Source: Azolla caroliniana
Taxonomy: Eukaryota; Plantae; Polypodiophyta
Reading direction: 5' to 3'
DNA length: 64,000 nt
Assembly (NCBI GenBank): GCA_043228905.1
Contig: JBHGNT010000021.1
Coordinates: forward strand, 930,001-994,000
Shown piece after piece: positions 50,545 through 64,000 of the stretch. Within the stretch, counting starts at the first letter, position 1; each line of letters begins with the position of its first letter. A program made the position numbers and the translations under genes. The notes beneath the pieces are model-generated. The model was given only the letters and a program-made list of their open reading frames with translations, was not told the origin of the DNA and did not search any database.

Positions 50545-51804
50545 AGGGTTTACTGACAATGCCCTATCAAGATTACCACTATTTCTTGATGATGATGATG
50601 ATAATGATGATTCCTCTCTTGGATCTCGGATTAAGGATGTCATCATAGCAAGATTACCATTGCTTTGTGATGATGATTCAAATGGCTTGTACTCCACATT
50701 ACTAGGGACTTTCATCTCAGCCTTTGCAAATAGCTTTGCAATGCCCTCTACATTTTCATGATGTTGATGCTGGTGATTCTGATGACGATGGTGATGAACC
50801 CTTGCGAGCTCGCGATATTTCGAAAGGAATTGTTCATCCTTTTCCTTATTAGAAAACATGTCAATAAGTCTCTCTGCGATCTCACGGCGCCGAGGATAAG
50901 ACATGCTCATTGCACGGACTAAATCATCTCTATTTGAGAAACATGCATCCTTGAGATGGGTCCTTTTGTAAGACATTATATGTGGAGAATTTGGGCCAAA
51001 ACTCGAGCTTCCAATATGTGGAAATTGTTTCCCTAACTCCCAACCAAATGGCTCATCAATCGTATCTTCAGAACTATCAACGGAGATGGCTTCACCGTCA
51101 ATTTCACCATCTTTAGAACTACCCCAATGATGTGTGTACACTCGATCCATAGGTGAATTAAGATTAGAGATGTCGTTAACCGCTATTTTATGTTGGGGAA
51201 AGAAACAATGTGTCTTGATAGGGTAGAGAGGGTTCATACCTTGTATCAGAAAAGGTCCATTTCCAGCTTCGAAATGGCAGAGAATTTGCATGAGATTGGC
51301 ATCTAAGAGTAGTACCGAGTTCCGGTGATATTCCTCTCGACTCTTTGATTGTCTATACATTAATTCCTCAAAAATGGGCACTGTAGAAGCAACTCTTGAT
51401 CGCCATTCGATGCTCAGGTTGTTGGGATTCCATTGAAGCAAAAGAGCTTGGATCTTTTGTTCAATGCGACGCCGAGATGTGGAGTTTTTTGGAAGAACCC
51501 ATTTCCTTGTTGACAAAGTAGAAGAGGAAGAGGATAATGAAATGGATAATAAGTTTCTTGACACTGACGATGCTGAACATGCGAAGCCACCCTTACAATT
51601 ATTTGTGTCGACGATATCTACTAATCTTCTTTTAGATTCTACTCTCAACTTGAAAGCCTTATCCACCGCAGTTTGTGTTAGGTGCTCCAATCTTTTCCTG
51701 GGATTAGCATGAATGTTAATGCTTGTTAGTTCTTCTAAACCTATCTTACTATGGGTGTGAATGTTTATGCTTGGCTTATTTGAAGTATGCAAATGAAGAG
51801 TCAT
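49900..51804 (-). CDS. Intronless C3HC4 RING-finger protein (putative E3 ligase) with N-terminal KIX-like helical segment, 634 aa
   Basis: Uninterrupted 634-codon ORF. C-terminal CCVCM...FIPCGHTFCRKCSRELW..RGSCPLCN..I...LDIY is typical of a plant RING-HC subfamily. Ser/Thr/Asp low-complexity linker. The true start codon is uncertain. Confidence 0.85.
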
Positions 51805-54800
51805 ATTGCAGAGGTTGTTTGCGCAAGATCAGTGTGATTGTTTCTTCATTCACTTGCAATTACAGAGAGGAGATGATGTGAAAGCTTAGATTTGATCACA
51901 AATTGCAGATTTATATATATGTATTATGTTTGTGTGTGTGTATATATATGCATATATGAAGCCAGCATGAAGAGAGAAAAAAACAAGGGAATTTTTGTTA
52001 GCTCAAAAAAGCTACTTTTGTGAAGCTTTTTGTGGGCATAGAAATTTGAAGAATGAATGATGCATAAAGATAAAAAGACAAGAAACGCCACTTTAGATGG
52101 GCATTTGATAATGATACCATATTTTTGAAGAGAGAAGGCATTTATTTATCATAACTTATAAGCTAACAACTCTGCCAAGTGTACATGGGACGGAGAGACA
52201 GAATGAGAGACAATCAAATGTCTCCACCAATTCTATTTAAATGCTTGTAAATTTCAAAATTTTATCTTCTTAGAAATGATCGGCTACAAATGCATAAATA
52301 AATATAGATAGATCGATACATAGATATATAGATAGATAGACAGACAGATAGATAGAAGGTATATAAACACTAGCAAAGTTTGTCTTCTGCATCCTTAAAG
52401 TCTCAAGCAATGGCTCGTCATGTTCATCATAAACATTCATCATTATTCTCTATCGTACACATTGCCACTTCGATCCTAGAATGAGGGCTTTATCAGTTAA
52501 CTTTTGTGCAACTCGGGAGCGGTGAATATGATAGATAGCATTGCCATATGAAAGACAATGCTAACATGCAAGGGAATTTTGCCAACTTGACAAAGTGGCT
52601 TTGGGGAAATCTTTTCCCACATAGATTTGACAGATTAATGATATATGAAGATAAAATATGACAAATTTTTGCATACACGGAGTCTTTCAACAACCTCGAT
52701 ATGCACTATGATTGACCAAAAAGGCGTCATAGACGATGTACTAATCTCTGGGGGTTGGGAGTACATGTGGCATTCCCATTTTCAAAGAAATTCATCATGA
52801 TGGGATATCAAGGTATGGGGCCATGCCTCTTTCTTATGCATTATATAAAAGCTTTTTGACAAAGGCGGAGCCATGTACATGTGTAATTTATGTTGAATCG
52901 ATATCATATTGCGGAATATAAGACATATCTCCGATGGGCATGGAGTTCCTGATGAATGATCAACGCACGAAATTCATCAGACTTTGAAATTAAAATACAA
53001 GGAAAGAAAGCAAAAGTTATTTGGCAAATGCTTTTAACTTTAACAAAGGGAGAGAAGACGGTGAAGGTTTTCAAAGGAATCTTTTTCTTGTTGGTTACCC
53101 ATTGGTTTCTGTGTTCAGACAATATATTATGATTGACTATTAGAAAGTCAAATCATTCATCCCATTATAGAAAGCACCCTTACATGGGCTTCTATGCAGT
53201 AAGTCAAATCATTCCTCATGTTAGAAGAAAGAGTATTTTATTCTAGTTGTAAGTGCTTAAAATGCTTTTTGCTTTTTTTGCTTTTGTTTAATGAGGAGAA
53301 TCATCCATTGCAACGAGGTTCACATTTGATGTGGTGGAACTAGGGAATACTAACTGAAGAAAGCAAGGGAAAGTGAGTTGCATCTTTTCATACTTTGTCA
53401 CATTTCAATTGTTATGCAGAATTTTCTTGATGACAATTTCAATGTGGAAAAGCTTTGTTTGTACATGAAAAAAATATTGGATTGAAATATGGTGGATTCC
53501 TTCTTAAGTATTAATAAAAGCATAGTCAAGAGATTTATCTAAACAATGTATGCATGCACAATCAAAGGGTATCATAATGCCATGTGCGTGTCATAAACAG
53601 CCCTAGAATGTAGACCCTTTCTCGGAACCATACTAACATGGTTGTAAAGTGGGAATCATGGTGAGAAAATGTAGTCTAGTAAAATTTGAATTAGAGGGTG
53701 AATCTTTTTTCAATTTTGTTTGCTTGGATTCATATCAATTAAGAATTTGGCACAAATATCAAACAACATTTTTGTTATTATTGCGAAGACATGTGTGGCC
53801 ATAGCTTAATGGAGACAATTAGATCATAGATAGGCACATTTTGTTGTGGCCAACCTTTTATTAATCAATCGAGTCTCCTCCTTGTTCATGGAGCAACAAG
53901 AAATTATTGAACAACACAACAAATGTATAGAAATTTAGCAAATAAAATCATATATCTCAATCAAATGATTGTGTTCCCCTTACGTGTATAAAATTTTGCA
54001 TGCACTTATAATAGGAACAAAATTGATTGAATTTTTCTTAATTACCATTGGGCTGAAACATATTTGCATAAAGATTTCTTTGTTAGTAATTATATTATAT
54101 ATATGATAGAATTAATGAGATTGATTATTCTGCTAATTGGAATGAGACATTCTATATAAGCACAACCTTTTCGCAACCACCAACTTTAAGTGCTAGTCGA
54201 TTGCAAAATTTTGAAACCATCCTCATATTGCACATATTGATGACTACTTGCACCACATTTGCATGCACATTAACAATTACCCACACCATGCGTACATATA
54301 TTATGACAATCACCCACATAACATTTGTTTGAGGTGAAGTTCATGTCATGGTGTTAGATGCCAAAGAGCCTATTTGCTATAGAGGCCATGGATCAAGTTG
54401 AAGACAACATAAGGTGGCCTCGTCATGAAGAGTGAGATTGAGTCGATTAGAAAAAATCATACATGGTGTTTATGGTCCTTCTATAGCATTTTCTATTATA
54501 TTTGTTTATGTATATTGATTTATCCTAGAGTTTCCCAATACCATTTTTACATTTGAGCAACATTTAATTCCAAGATTCTCGACTCTAACCTCTTACCCAT
54601 GACCTCTTATATGGACACAATGCATGAACTAGGGAATAACCAAGAGAAGATTTGGGGAATTGACAATATCTAAATGTGGCACTAGGTAAGGTGACTAGAG
54701 GAGCCGAATGAAGTTTCAAGAAAGTGACTTCTCTCTAGCACCGATACAATTGAAGTGGTAAACCAAAAGTGAACCTACCAATGACACACTTTTCTGCATG

Positions 54801-55245
54801 ACATGGTTTTGATAGGACGAGATGTCTTAGAGGAAAGATGAATTTTATTATAACTTATAACTACATTTGGTTCTCTTTATCCACTCATTATCTTGCAATT
54901 CAATGGTCATTGTCATTCTAAACTAGCATAATGGCCTATTTAACCATGTTCGCTTTTCGTATTTTACAATGGTCATTGAAAGTGACTCCAGAAGTTCAAC
55001 ACATTCATGCCAGAAAAAATATTCCCATTATTAAAAATATGTGATTCAAAGATTGCAACCAAATACTACTCATGCGATACTTAGATAATATGGATTTTGT
55101 GGGAGAGTCAATGGAGGAGACTAGAGCTTTATAGTGAGATAAGTTCAAATTTTAACATGACGGATTTAGAGGAGTGAAGTATACAAAAAACATGCAACCA
55201 CTCAAGATAGGGAGAATTAGCGATCTCAAGGAGAATAGATCTCCA

Positions 55246-55315
55246 AGGTGCTTGAGCGGTTCCACACGATTCACGTCAAACCTCTTGGTAGGCTGGTTCG
55301 AACCCAGCTAATAGT
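55246..55315 (+). other. degenerate tRNA-like / SINE-head remnant
   Basis: A-box-like GTGCTTGAGCGGTT and a perfect T-arm GCTGG-TTCGAAC-CCAGC at 55292-55308. No full cloverleaf. Confidence 0.35.
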
Positions 55316-57659
55316 GAGGAAGGAGGACTACCCAAAATTCTATACCACAAATTAGCAAATGAGTAACCATCCTTACTCATTCGTCTTTGGTAGTCTAATA
55401 TATGCCATAGTGGGCATGAGGCTAGACATGGTATAGACAATGTGTGTGGTGAGAGCATGTTTATGTTGAATTCTAGTAATAAGCATTAGAAACAATGAAT
55501 TAATCATGAGTTAATAAGAACCATGTCAAAATCTAACTCTACAATGACTACTAGAATGCATTGGTGTGGAATCTTGACTTCCACCTAGAAATAAAGCACA
55601 TGAAGTTGTGAAATCACTTCATTTGAATCATTGCCAATAAAAATTGAATTACATTAGTGAAGTTGCATACATTAGACAATGTATTGGATGCACTTACGAT
55701 GACTCTCTCTAGTACCCGGTTTGAACATTGTAAAGGACTAATGTAGGTTGTGGAAGTAATGAACTAAGATTTGAGGATCATTGATCATCGATAACAATGG
55801 ACAATCAAATTGTCCATCATTGGTTATGGATTAATGCCAAATTCCGACAACATACCATATATAGATATATAGATATTTTTAACGTCCATAGAGATGCCAA
55901 TATTGACCCATAGAACCTAAGTACAAAAGTTATCTTGATGTGTGTCTCCTTCCTACGAAGGGATATAGCACCAAGTCTCCATGTGTAAGGTATACACATA
56001 TGAGCTCAACCTTCTAGGTGTTCTCTTTAGTGTGATACTCGTCATAGCTTTCATGAATTGCACATATGTGGAGCATATAAAAAGCAAGTGATATTCATCC
56101 TCTCCTAACCCTTCCGTGCATACCTTACATGTCTTTATATTTGGCTAATTTTGATTCCATAATGCAACTTCAATACCTAGGTTGTGTGATCGAGTGTGAT
56201 GGACTGCTAGGGCTCTACGAGTGTTAATACTCATGTTAGTAATGAGGTAATGTTGAATACAATCAATAGATTAATGGTGGAGAGAAAATCAAGATGCTCA
56301 ACAATCACAATAGATTCCCATTTGGTGGGAAATGGAAAAAGTTATGGGGTTCCTATATAATTATAAGAGGGTGTAGGTGGAGCCTACACATGTATGTAGA
56401 TGTAGTAGCCTACATATATGTATGTAGATGAATTTTACAAACCATTGACCATATGTTGACAGTTGGAGTTTGGTGGAATGTTTATTTAAGAACACTAGAA
56501 AGAAAGGTCAATTATGTTCATCTAATGTGAACCCTCCCATATAAAGCATAAATGGTTTATCTTTTAGATGAAATATTGTGAATTGTCGTTGTGTATCTTT
56601 GAACTTGGTATTGTCATCGGAAGAACCCGTGTGCATGCTCCATTCAAGGGGGACCATAGGCATCTTGGACTAGGGAGGTCACAAGGGCTAAGAAGACGTA
56701 TATGATAGGTCCTAGACTCAAAGAGAGCGTTGACTCAAATAGAGTTCCGTGTCGAAAGGAGCTCAGAGTCGAAGGAGCCCAGAGTCAAAGGGAGCTCATA
56801 CTCAAAGTCTCTTCAAATGCGAAGGGAGTGATGACCCGAATGATGGTTAACACGTGATTAAGGGAATGTACACGAGATTAAGACAAAATGTAAACAAAAA
56901 TATAAAAGGGACCTCTTTACAAATAAGGTTTACAATGATTAGAGATAGGTTGTACCACGATTTCAATGGTTTTTACAAAATGGTCATAAGATTTTAGCAG
57001 AAAAAGAAAACGAAACGAACAAAAGGGTATGGAGTTTCACGTGAAGGTGAGTCAAGTGAGCAGTCGGGACCACGACTACCACTGTTGGCTATGTTGGTTG
57101 GATGATAGTGAAGTGTTCCCATGTCACTTCGTCCTCACTTCAACAACCGAAGTGCAAGGTAGCCCAACCCTTCTCTCAAAATTGCCGATGTGTAGCACTC
57201 TCTATTGCGGAGAAGAAGACTAAACCTCCGAAGTATACATAAGTAGGTAAGTAGCTTCAAAAGTCAAAGAAGCCGCCGCCGAAGAATACCAAGAAAGAAA
57301 CCCTAAACTATCAAGTAAGACAATGAAGGAAATGGAGAAGAAGAAAGAAGAAAAACCCTCACGAAGACCACTCGTGGAGAAGACAAAAAATAAACCCTAA
57401 AACCTGAAGTAGGTTGAGGAGAAGAAGATGATGATGAGTAAGAGACAACCCTCTATCTTCTTTTTATAGAGAAAAAGAGGCCCCTAAATTCAAAATGTGC
57501 TTGTCGCCTTTTTTTTCAAAAAATAAAAGGGAATAATAAGTTCTTAATTCACAACACGATATCAAAGAATCAAACTTTGCACCCTTTCCAACCTAGTGAA
57601 TAGTTTTATGCACTAGGCTATTACCTTTATTTATTATGTAACGTATTTACATATATATT

Positions 57660-60600
57660 TTTTTCAAAATGAAGCTACTTTCCCATTAGTTAGGAAGGAT
57701 TATTACATAGAGAGTCTACAAGGAGACTTATACACACATCAGGGAGTCTTCCTCCGATCAAGTAAAAGAAGATGAGCCTACTTCCAATGCCTTGCAGCCT
57801 AACTTAATGTAAGAAGCTACCTATATCCAAGGCGATGCCCTTCAATGTTGCCTAGTACGAGTCGGCTCTTGGGGCCTACAACGAAGAGAGGGTGGCAGGT
57901 GAGTAGGAAATAGCCAACGTGGGGGCTGGTAGTTCCACCTTGGGCCACTCCTACCTTGCATCACCATAGGTGTGGTCTGCCATTTCTGCCAAAAGTGCAA
58001 ACGGGCAGTGACCACGTCGTTGGAGTGGCTGCAAACCTCTTCCAGTTGCCCTCGTAGGCAGCTGATAAGCGCGAACCATATGTCCATGATCACTTCCTCT
58101 GGGGGCTGTATCGTACCTTGGAAAACCTTGAGGCAACGCGCTTTCCATATATACCACAAGTGAAACCTGCTATCAACATCTAGATTTCCGGAAACCTAGG
58201 GGATGCGGGCTGCAAGCCTCTTTCAAAACGGATCTTGACGATTTTGCCTCTCGTGCATACATAGCACCAACTATCTGCATTGACGACGTCCGTCCACCCT
58301 TCGACCGAGTGATCAATCCATGCCGCAACGCTACACGAGGCTGTTCCTTCAACTTCACATGCCGCAAGGAGGCGAGTCACTCTATCCCATACCTTTTGAG
58401 CTTGAGGGCAATCCCACAGACAGTGTCTCAGAGTCTCAATAGGTCGAGAGCACAGTGGGCAGCCTAACGGGCCGCCACGTTTATCTAGCCATTCGCCAAT
58501 GGGCACCACATTATGACCGATTTGCCACCAAAAGAGCTTGATCTTTTCAGGCATGTGGAGACACCAGAGACCTTTACAAAAGGTAATGAGCGCCTCATCG
58601 GGGATGCCCAATGTTCACCAACCATTGCGAAGGGGCCCGCCTAGCTCCAACTGCAAAGTCTAACCCAATTTAGTGGTGTAATCGAAGAAGTGGTGGAGTC
58701 TATCGTCATGTTTCCATCTGAAATCCCCTGGGTCCCAATCCAGATCGACAAGGGGGCGACAACCGTATACCCTCAACCTCAAATGGGGTTCCACCTTAGC
58801 AACATCCGGATCTATCTTCCAGATGTTATCAACCTGTGCCACCACTCGGATTGGGTGCCAAGAGCCCCTGCTCTGACTGTCCCCAAAAACTGTATCTCTC
58901 CCCGATCTGCTCACACCCTTTAGTGACTTGACCATTCCAGCCTCGTCAAAGAGATCAAACCATGCATGTTCTCTCGCCTCCCCCATCGGAACCCTGTCAA
59001 CTGCCTCAGCTATCAGTCTCCGCATTTTCGTAGCTCCCTTGAGGGGAGGGAAAAGGTCCTCTTGGGTTCTTCCTGAAACAACCATGCGTCTCCAATCGTC
59101 TATAGATAGGAGGCCTGTTTGTGCCAACTTTCCCCATGCTAGGCCCTTAAGTTGCCCTAGCATCATGTCGTCACTTGTTCGCACGTGAGGATTCCAAAAT
59201 AGTGGTTGTCTAGTCCATTCGGTCAATGTCTCCGGGGTGTGCTTGACCAAATGCTATCGTAGATGGCACCATGCCCGCAAGATGGAGTTCGCGACCCTGT
59301 CCTCCGGCTAGCAAGCCAGCTTGGATTGACCTCCCCATCGTAAATCGAAGGTACTTGAACATCGTCCCATCAGGGACCAACATAAAATCGGCATGGGGTT
59401 GCCATCTTGGTTTCTCTTGTTCGTTGAACCATAAGCCTTGGGTTTTATTCCAATTGATCTTGGCACCAGCCGCCTGACAAAAGTCCTCGACAAGATGTTC
59501 AGCCCGCTGCAAATTCTCCTCATCACCTTGCAAGAAAAGAACCGTATCGTTGGCATATTCAGATAACAACAAATCTTCAATCGCATTGGGGATGGGCAAT
59601 CCCCGCAGCCCATTGGTTGGTGCTTGTAAGTAGGCGGAGAAAGCCTCGGTTACAAAGAGATAGAGATATGGGGCTAGGGGACAACCTTGCCTCACTGAGC
59701 GTTGTAGTTGGAAGGCGGGTCCCCTAGAACTAGCCATAAGCACGCTACTCGTAGCTGTCCGATAGAGTGCAGAAGTGCAATTCCTCCATTTTTGAGGTAG
59801 GCCCAAAGCTCTCATCACATTTTCCAAAAAGGGCCATAGCACCCTGTTGTAGGCCTTCTCGAAGTCTAACATCAGAATAGTCGAGCTCGATACGGAACGA
59901 CAGGCCAATGCCATAGCTTCCCAAAGAAGCAACACATTATCAAAGATACACATGTTCTTGACAAATCCAGTTTGATTGTCATGGATGATGTCCGGTAAGA
60001 AGCTTGCTAACCGCTGAGCTAGGACTTTAGCAAGTAGCTTGTATGTCGTGTTAAGGATCGTGATTGGACGCCACTGGCGCAACTCTAGGCTTCGCTCTGA
60101 TGCTTTGGGGATGAGATATATCATCCCCTCAGCCAGACCAATCAACATCTTTCCTAAGGACCAAATCTCTTGAACTCCGGCTTCCAAAGACGGGATAACA
60201 CATTCCCAATGAATCTCGAAGAAATCTCGTGAGAGACCATCGGGGCCGGGGCATGCACCCCTTCGCAATCCCCTAAGCACCTCTGAGAGTTCTAAACGAG
60301 AGATGGGGCTATCGAGCACAACTTCCATCGCTTGTGTTACCTTGGGGTGAATGCAAGACATCACTCGATCAGTCAGCTCCGTGTTTTGCCTCACATGCAT
60401 AGGTGCGAGGAGGTCACGATAGTATTGTGTTGCCATTTCCAGAATCTCAGTCTTGTCCTCCGTTATTGAGTTGTCTGGTTTGCGCAGCCCTTGTATACGT
60501 CCACCACCACCCTTGGGCGCCTTGTAGTGAAAGAAATGTCGGTTGACCTTGTCGTCTTTTCTAGCCCACCATGATGCATTTCTTCGAAACAACATTCAGT

Positions 60601-61687
60601 TCTTCTCCAAAGTCCTTTCCTGTACCTTCATCTTTGCTTCCTCCAGCTTAGCTCTAGACTAATTGCAACCAGGGTCTACCTGTGGCAGCCATTGCGTTGC
60701 TGCAACGGCCTTCCTTAATTTTGTTTCAATGGCTCTAACCTGTTGGAGGGCGCACTTGGTCTCTTGTTATAAAAAGGAGGAGAGGGCCAAATTTTTCTAC
60801 AAATCTTCGCTAGTTGATTCACTGCCCATGGTGTCCTGCCATATACTCTGTAAACCAGCCTTCACCTCTTCACTCTTCATGATCTTTGTGGGGATCTTCA
60901 CCTTGAGACTGCCCTTGCTATCGTTGGGTGGGTTAAGGTCTAGTCTCACCAGTTGATGATCTGAAAAGGTAAGACCTGCCAAGATAGCAAAGGAGCCCCC
61001 AAGCTCTTCGAGGGATGAGATGATGTATATGTGATCTAGCCGTGCAAGACTACCACCCCTAGCATTCCCGACGGCTCTGGAAAATTGCAGCGAATGTGAG
61101 TTTCTCCTAAGGGAAGAGACCCATGTATCCTTCACCCCGATTTTGCCAATTAGGAAAGCCCATGAATCCAACTCCGCACCATAAATAGGCCTCTGGGTCT
61201 CTCCTTTCCTATCTCCCAGGTGTTCAGTCATGTTGAAATCACCTACCATTACCCAAGCCTCGGCATTAGTTAATGTTGTCGCTAACATCCTCCAAAAGAT
61301 TGCTCTCTTGGGGGCTGGGTTAGGGGCATAAATTTTTAGCACCCTAATTTGTAGGCGATTCCATTTCAGAAGCACGTATAAGGCCCGACCCTCCACCAGC
61401 GTGCCAGATGATGTTACTTCGTATCGGGCCTTATCGCTGATCGAGATGCAGACCCCTCCTCTTCGGTGGAGGTCACCTTGCGCAGCTGACCACCATGTGG
61501 TCCACCCACCCGACAAGGGGTTTTCTAAGCTCTAAGTTCGCTCTTGCGAGAGGTGGTGTTCCTGCAAAAGCAATATGTCAATATGGCCCCCTATATTAAG
61601 GGGATTCAGCTCCTCCTGAAGTCTTCTGCACTCTTGGTGTTGTCGGCCTCCACCAAGGCCCTGTACATTCCACATTAGCATCCTCAT
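57660..61687 (-). mobile_element. Degenerate L1-clade LINE ORF2 (APE endonuclease, RT, zf-RVT), ORF1 not seen
   Basis: ATG at 61687: MRMLMWNVQGL...LLLQEHH; GDFN, RLDHIY, SDH; ACPGPDG, WRPITILN, LDFEKAYNRV, RQGCPLAP, YANDT (catalytic YADD altered); CPLC..ETLRHCLWDC; WYIWKARC. Broken by stops and frameshifts. Short T-run on + at ~57658-57664 may be the tail. Confidence 0.93.
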
Positions 61688-63329
61688 CCGAAAACGGTGA
61701 CCTTGACGCCCATGTTCAGGCTGATCCCCATGTTATGGGGCAAACTAACACGGTGTGCCCTTTGGCCACGCCACATCACGACGTCATGTCAATTGTAGCT
61801 ATGTTGTCTTTGTTTATCTTCTTCTTGCACTCATGGTGCAATACCTTATTAGGTGTTGCAAGATTAGATCAAACCTCGGCGTTGACCACTTTGGTGAACT
61901 CCACACTAAACCCTCAACTCTAACACTCTAAGGAAAACTCAACCTCGAAAACTTAATGGTAGCACGTCAATATTTAAACTTAAAATGATGAAAACATGAC
62001 ACTACATGCAATTTGGGCCTAAATACTTAAGAGAGAGGACTTAGTGAAAGAGTTGTAGCCCAAGTCGAAAAAATAAAAGAAAGCCATGGAGAGGAGCTTT
62101 ATCTTTTCACCTTTTTATGTTTTAAGTGATTTTGTCTTTGTCTCCTTTGACATCATGGTGACATAAGACCCTTTTCTAAGTTCTCTAGGTTCTCTTTCTT
62201 TCATTAAATCTTTTCCATGCAGATGCCAATGTTCATGTTGATGAAGCTACAATGTGTACTTTAACATTCATTTAGGTGGTATTCAAATTTTGTTTACAAT
62301 GCTCAACATAAGGTGCTTTATTGAGGTAAAAGGTAATGTGTTCTAGGCAAATGTTTCGAGGCGGCTTGTTGAATGAATGATATAACATTTAGTTGAGTAA
62401 GTGTTTGACTTTGTGTATTTGTAGTTATTTTTTATAATATTGTTATATGTTATACATGTCATTAGTTGGGGCATAACTTGTTTGTGTATGGTAAGGTCAA
62501 TCTAATTGGTATATATTTGAGAATTAAAAAATGCATAATCTTGTCATCGCATGAGGTTTTACCTTAAAGTAAGTTCAATGGTTTTAGTGCACCAACTTTG
62601 GTTTTGGCGTGTAGGGAATATTTACATAATTTCAAATTGCATACACACACTTGCCCCAAGCGACAGGATTAGTGTCATAGGGAGATCCAATAGATGCATG
62701 AATATTAGTATATCCCAAGACCCAATCTCTCTCACTTGCATCATTCCTTACCTCTTTTTTCTTCTTCACCAAATCTCTAAAACTAAGCATATGAATTCTG
62801 ATAGGATATGAATGTATGGTTGAAGGCCCCAACTACCAAATTGACTTCAAGATATCACCATCAAAAGTACACCTAATAATTCATTTGGAGTTGTATGGAG
62901 TATTTGGAACATGGGGGAAAAAATACCACTTAGGTCTCATTTTTTACACACCGCAAATCAATTTATGTAAGTCATACTTTAGTTTTAAAGATACTCTCTC
63001 GGAAGAGGAGAAAAACAAATATCCATTTCTATCAAGCCATCCATGCGCATTTCACCGAACATCTATACTTAACGGATTTGAAATGCAAAATATCCACGCT
63101 TTATGTTATATTTCCATTCCCATAATATTTCTTCAATTGCAATTATTGTTACACAAGTGGATTCCCTATCAAGAGCATTGCCACATCTTTGCATGTTGTT
63201 GTTACTTTGCTCCAAGTATGTCGATGGTTACATATTTGAAAACTATAATGTTATAGGATATTGAAACTTATAAGAAAAAGGTACTCTCTTCGTTTGTTAA
63301 ACTTGTTGATGAAACTTCCATTTATTGTA

Positions 63330-63850
63330 ATTAGTTAGAAGTTAGAGAGTGGAAGAGAAGCAAACATCCTCAACTAAACATTGTGTCTACCTATTCTAAG
63401 TGAGCGGGCCACACCAATACTTAATAATTACCAAGTGCGATGAACATGCCAATTGACATCACATGAGTTGTTCTTTGTACAATAAGGCCTTCTCAATAGA
63501 ATAGAATAGATGTTTGATTGTCCATGACAAGGCCAATATTGACCTATAAGACCAAATCAACATATCATATTGTATGTGACTCCTTCCTAAGAAAGGGGAT
63601 CACTTTGCACTAAAAGCTCTCTATGTGAAAATAATGCACGCATGTATGTGCTCACCCTTCTTGGAGGGCATTTGAGTATGATACTTACATTGTCATGCTT
63701 GTCTAACAAGGCATCATATTTCTCTCGAATTACCTTATATGTCAAGCATGTGATAACTAAGTGATATTCATTGTCCACTCGGTTTTCATTGCATACCTTG
63801 CATATCGTCATATTTGGATGGGGAAGGAGAGAACCATGTTCTTTATGAGG
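63330..63850 (-). mobile_element. LINE 3'-end remnant (Cys/His motif)
   Basis: ICKVCNENRVDNEYHLVITCLTYKVIREKY resembles the CxxC..E.H....C..Y..IR C-terminal motif of non-LTR elements. Confidence 0.5.
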
Positions 63851-64000
63851 TTATTAGGAATTTTTATTGTGTTTTTGACATTCCAAGCACTAGAAAGTGA
63901 TGTGGAGTCAACACCACCTTTCTCGATTAGATGTGATGGTGTGTGAATCATGTGACAACATTAATGTGCATTATTAATCAACGGTATACAACCAAAGTTC

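Noticed and set aside
52000-57600. Short ORFs of 60-72 aa in the gene-free stretch
   Set aside because: No recognisable motifs or splice-consistent structure; lengths are as expected by chance.

Overview
Eukaryotic nuclear DNA from a land plant. It is AT-rich, has spliceosomal GT-AG introns, microsatellites and retroelement debris. Protein and TE styles suggest a non-seed plant such as a fern, which is inference only. Nine protein-coding genes can be reconstructed by hand with phase-consistent exons: a KLCR/CMU-type TPR protein (+), a small SAM-domain protein (+), a 23-exon class VIII myosin (-), an EUL/ricin-B lectin (-), a nucleoredoxin (-), an F-box/Kelch protein (-), a short secreted extensin-like protein (-), XRCC2 (+) and an intronless RING protein (-). 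Also present are a ~4 kb degenerate L1 LINE, a short L1 insertion with a clean 17-bp TSD, Copia/LINE remnants and a 204-bp intronic tandem array. The most unusual items are: (i) a ~20-copy 17-aa repeat array in a ~520-aa myosin VIII N-terminal extension; (ii) a putative KIX-like plus RING fusion; (iii) a nucleoredoxin with a shifted pattern of active TRX domains and no C1 domain; (iv) a stop-containing myosin exon that an in-frame downstream acceptor bypasses. No prokaryotic system or true CRISPR array is present. All family assignments come from remembered motifs, not database searches.
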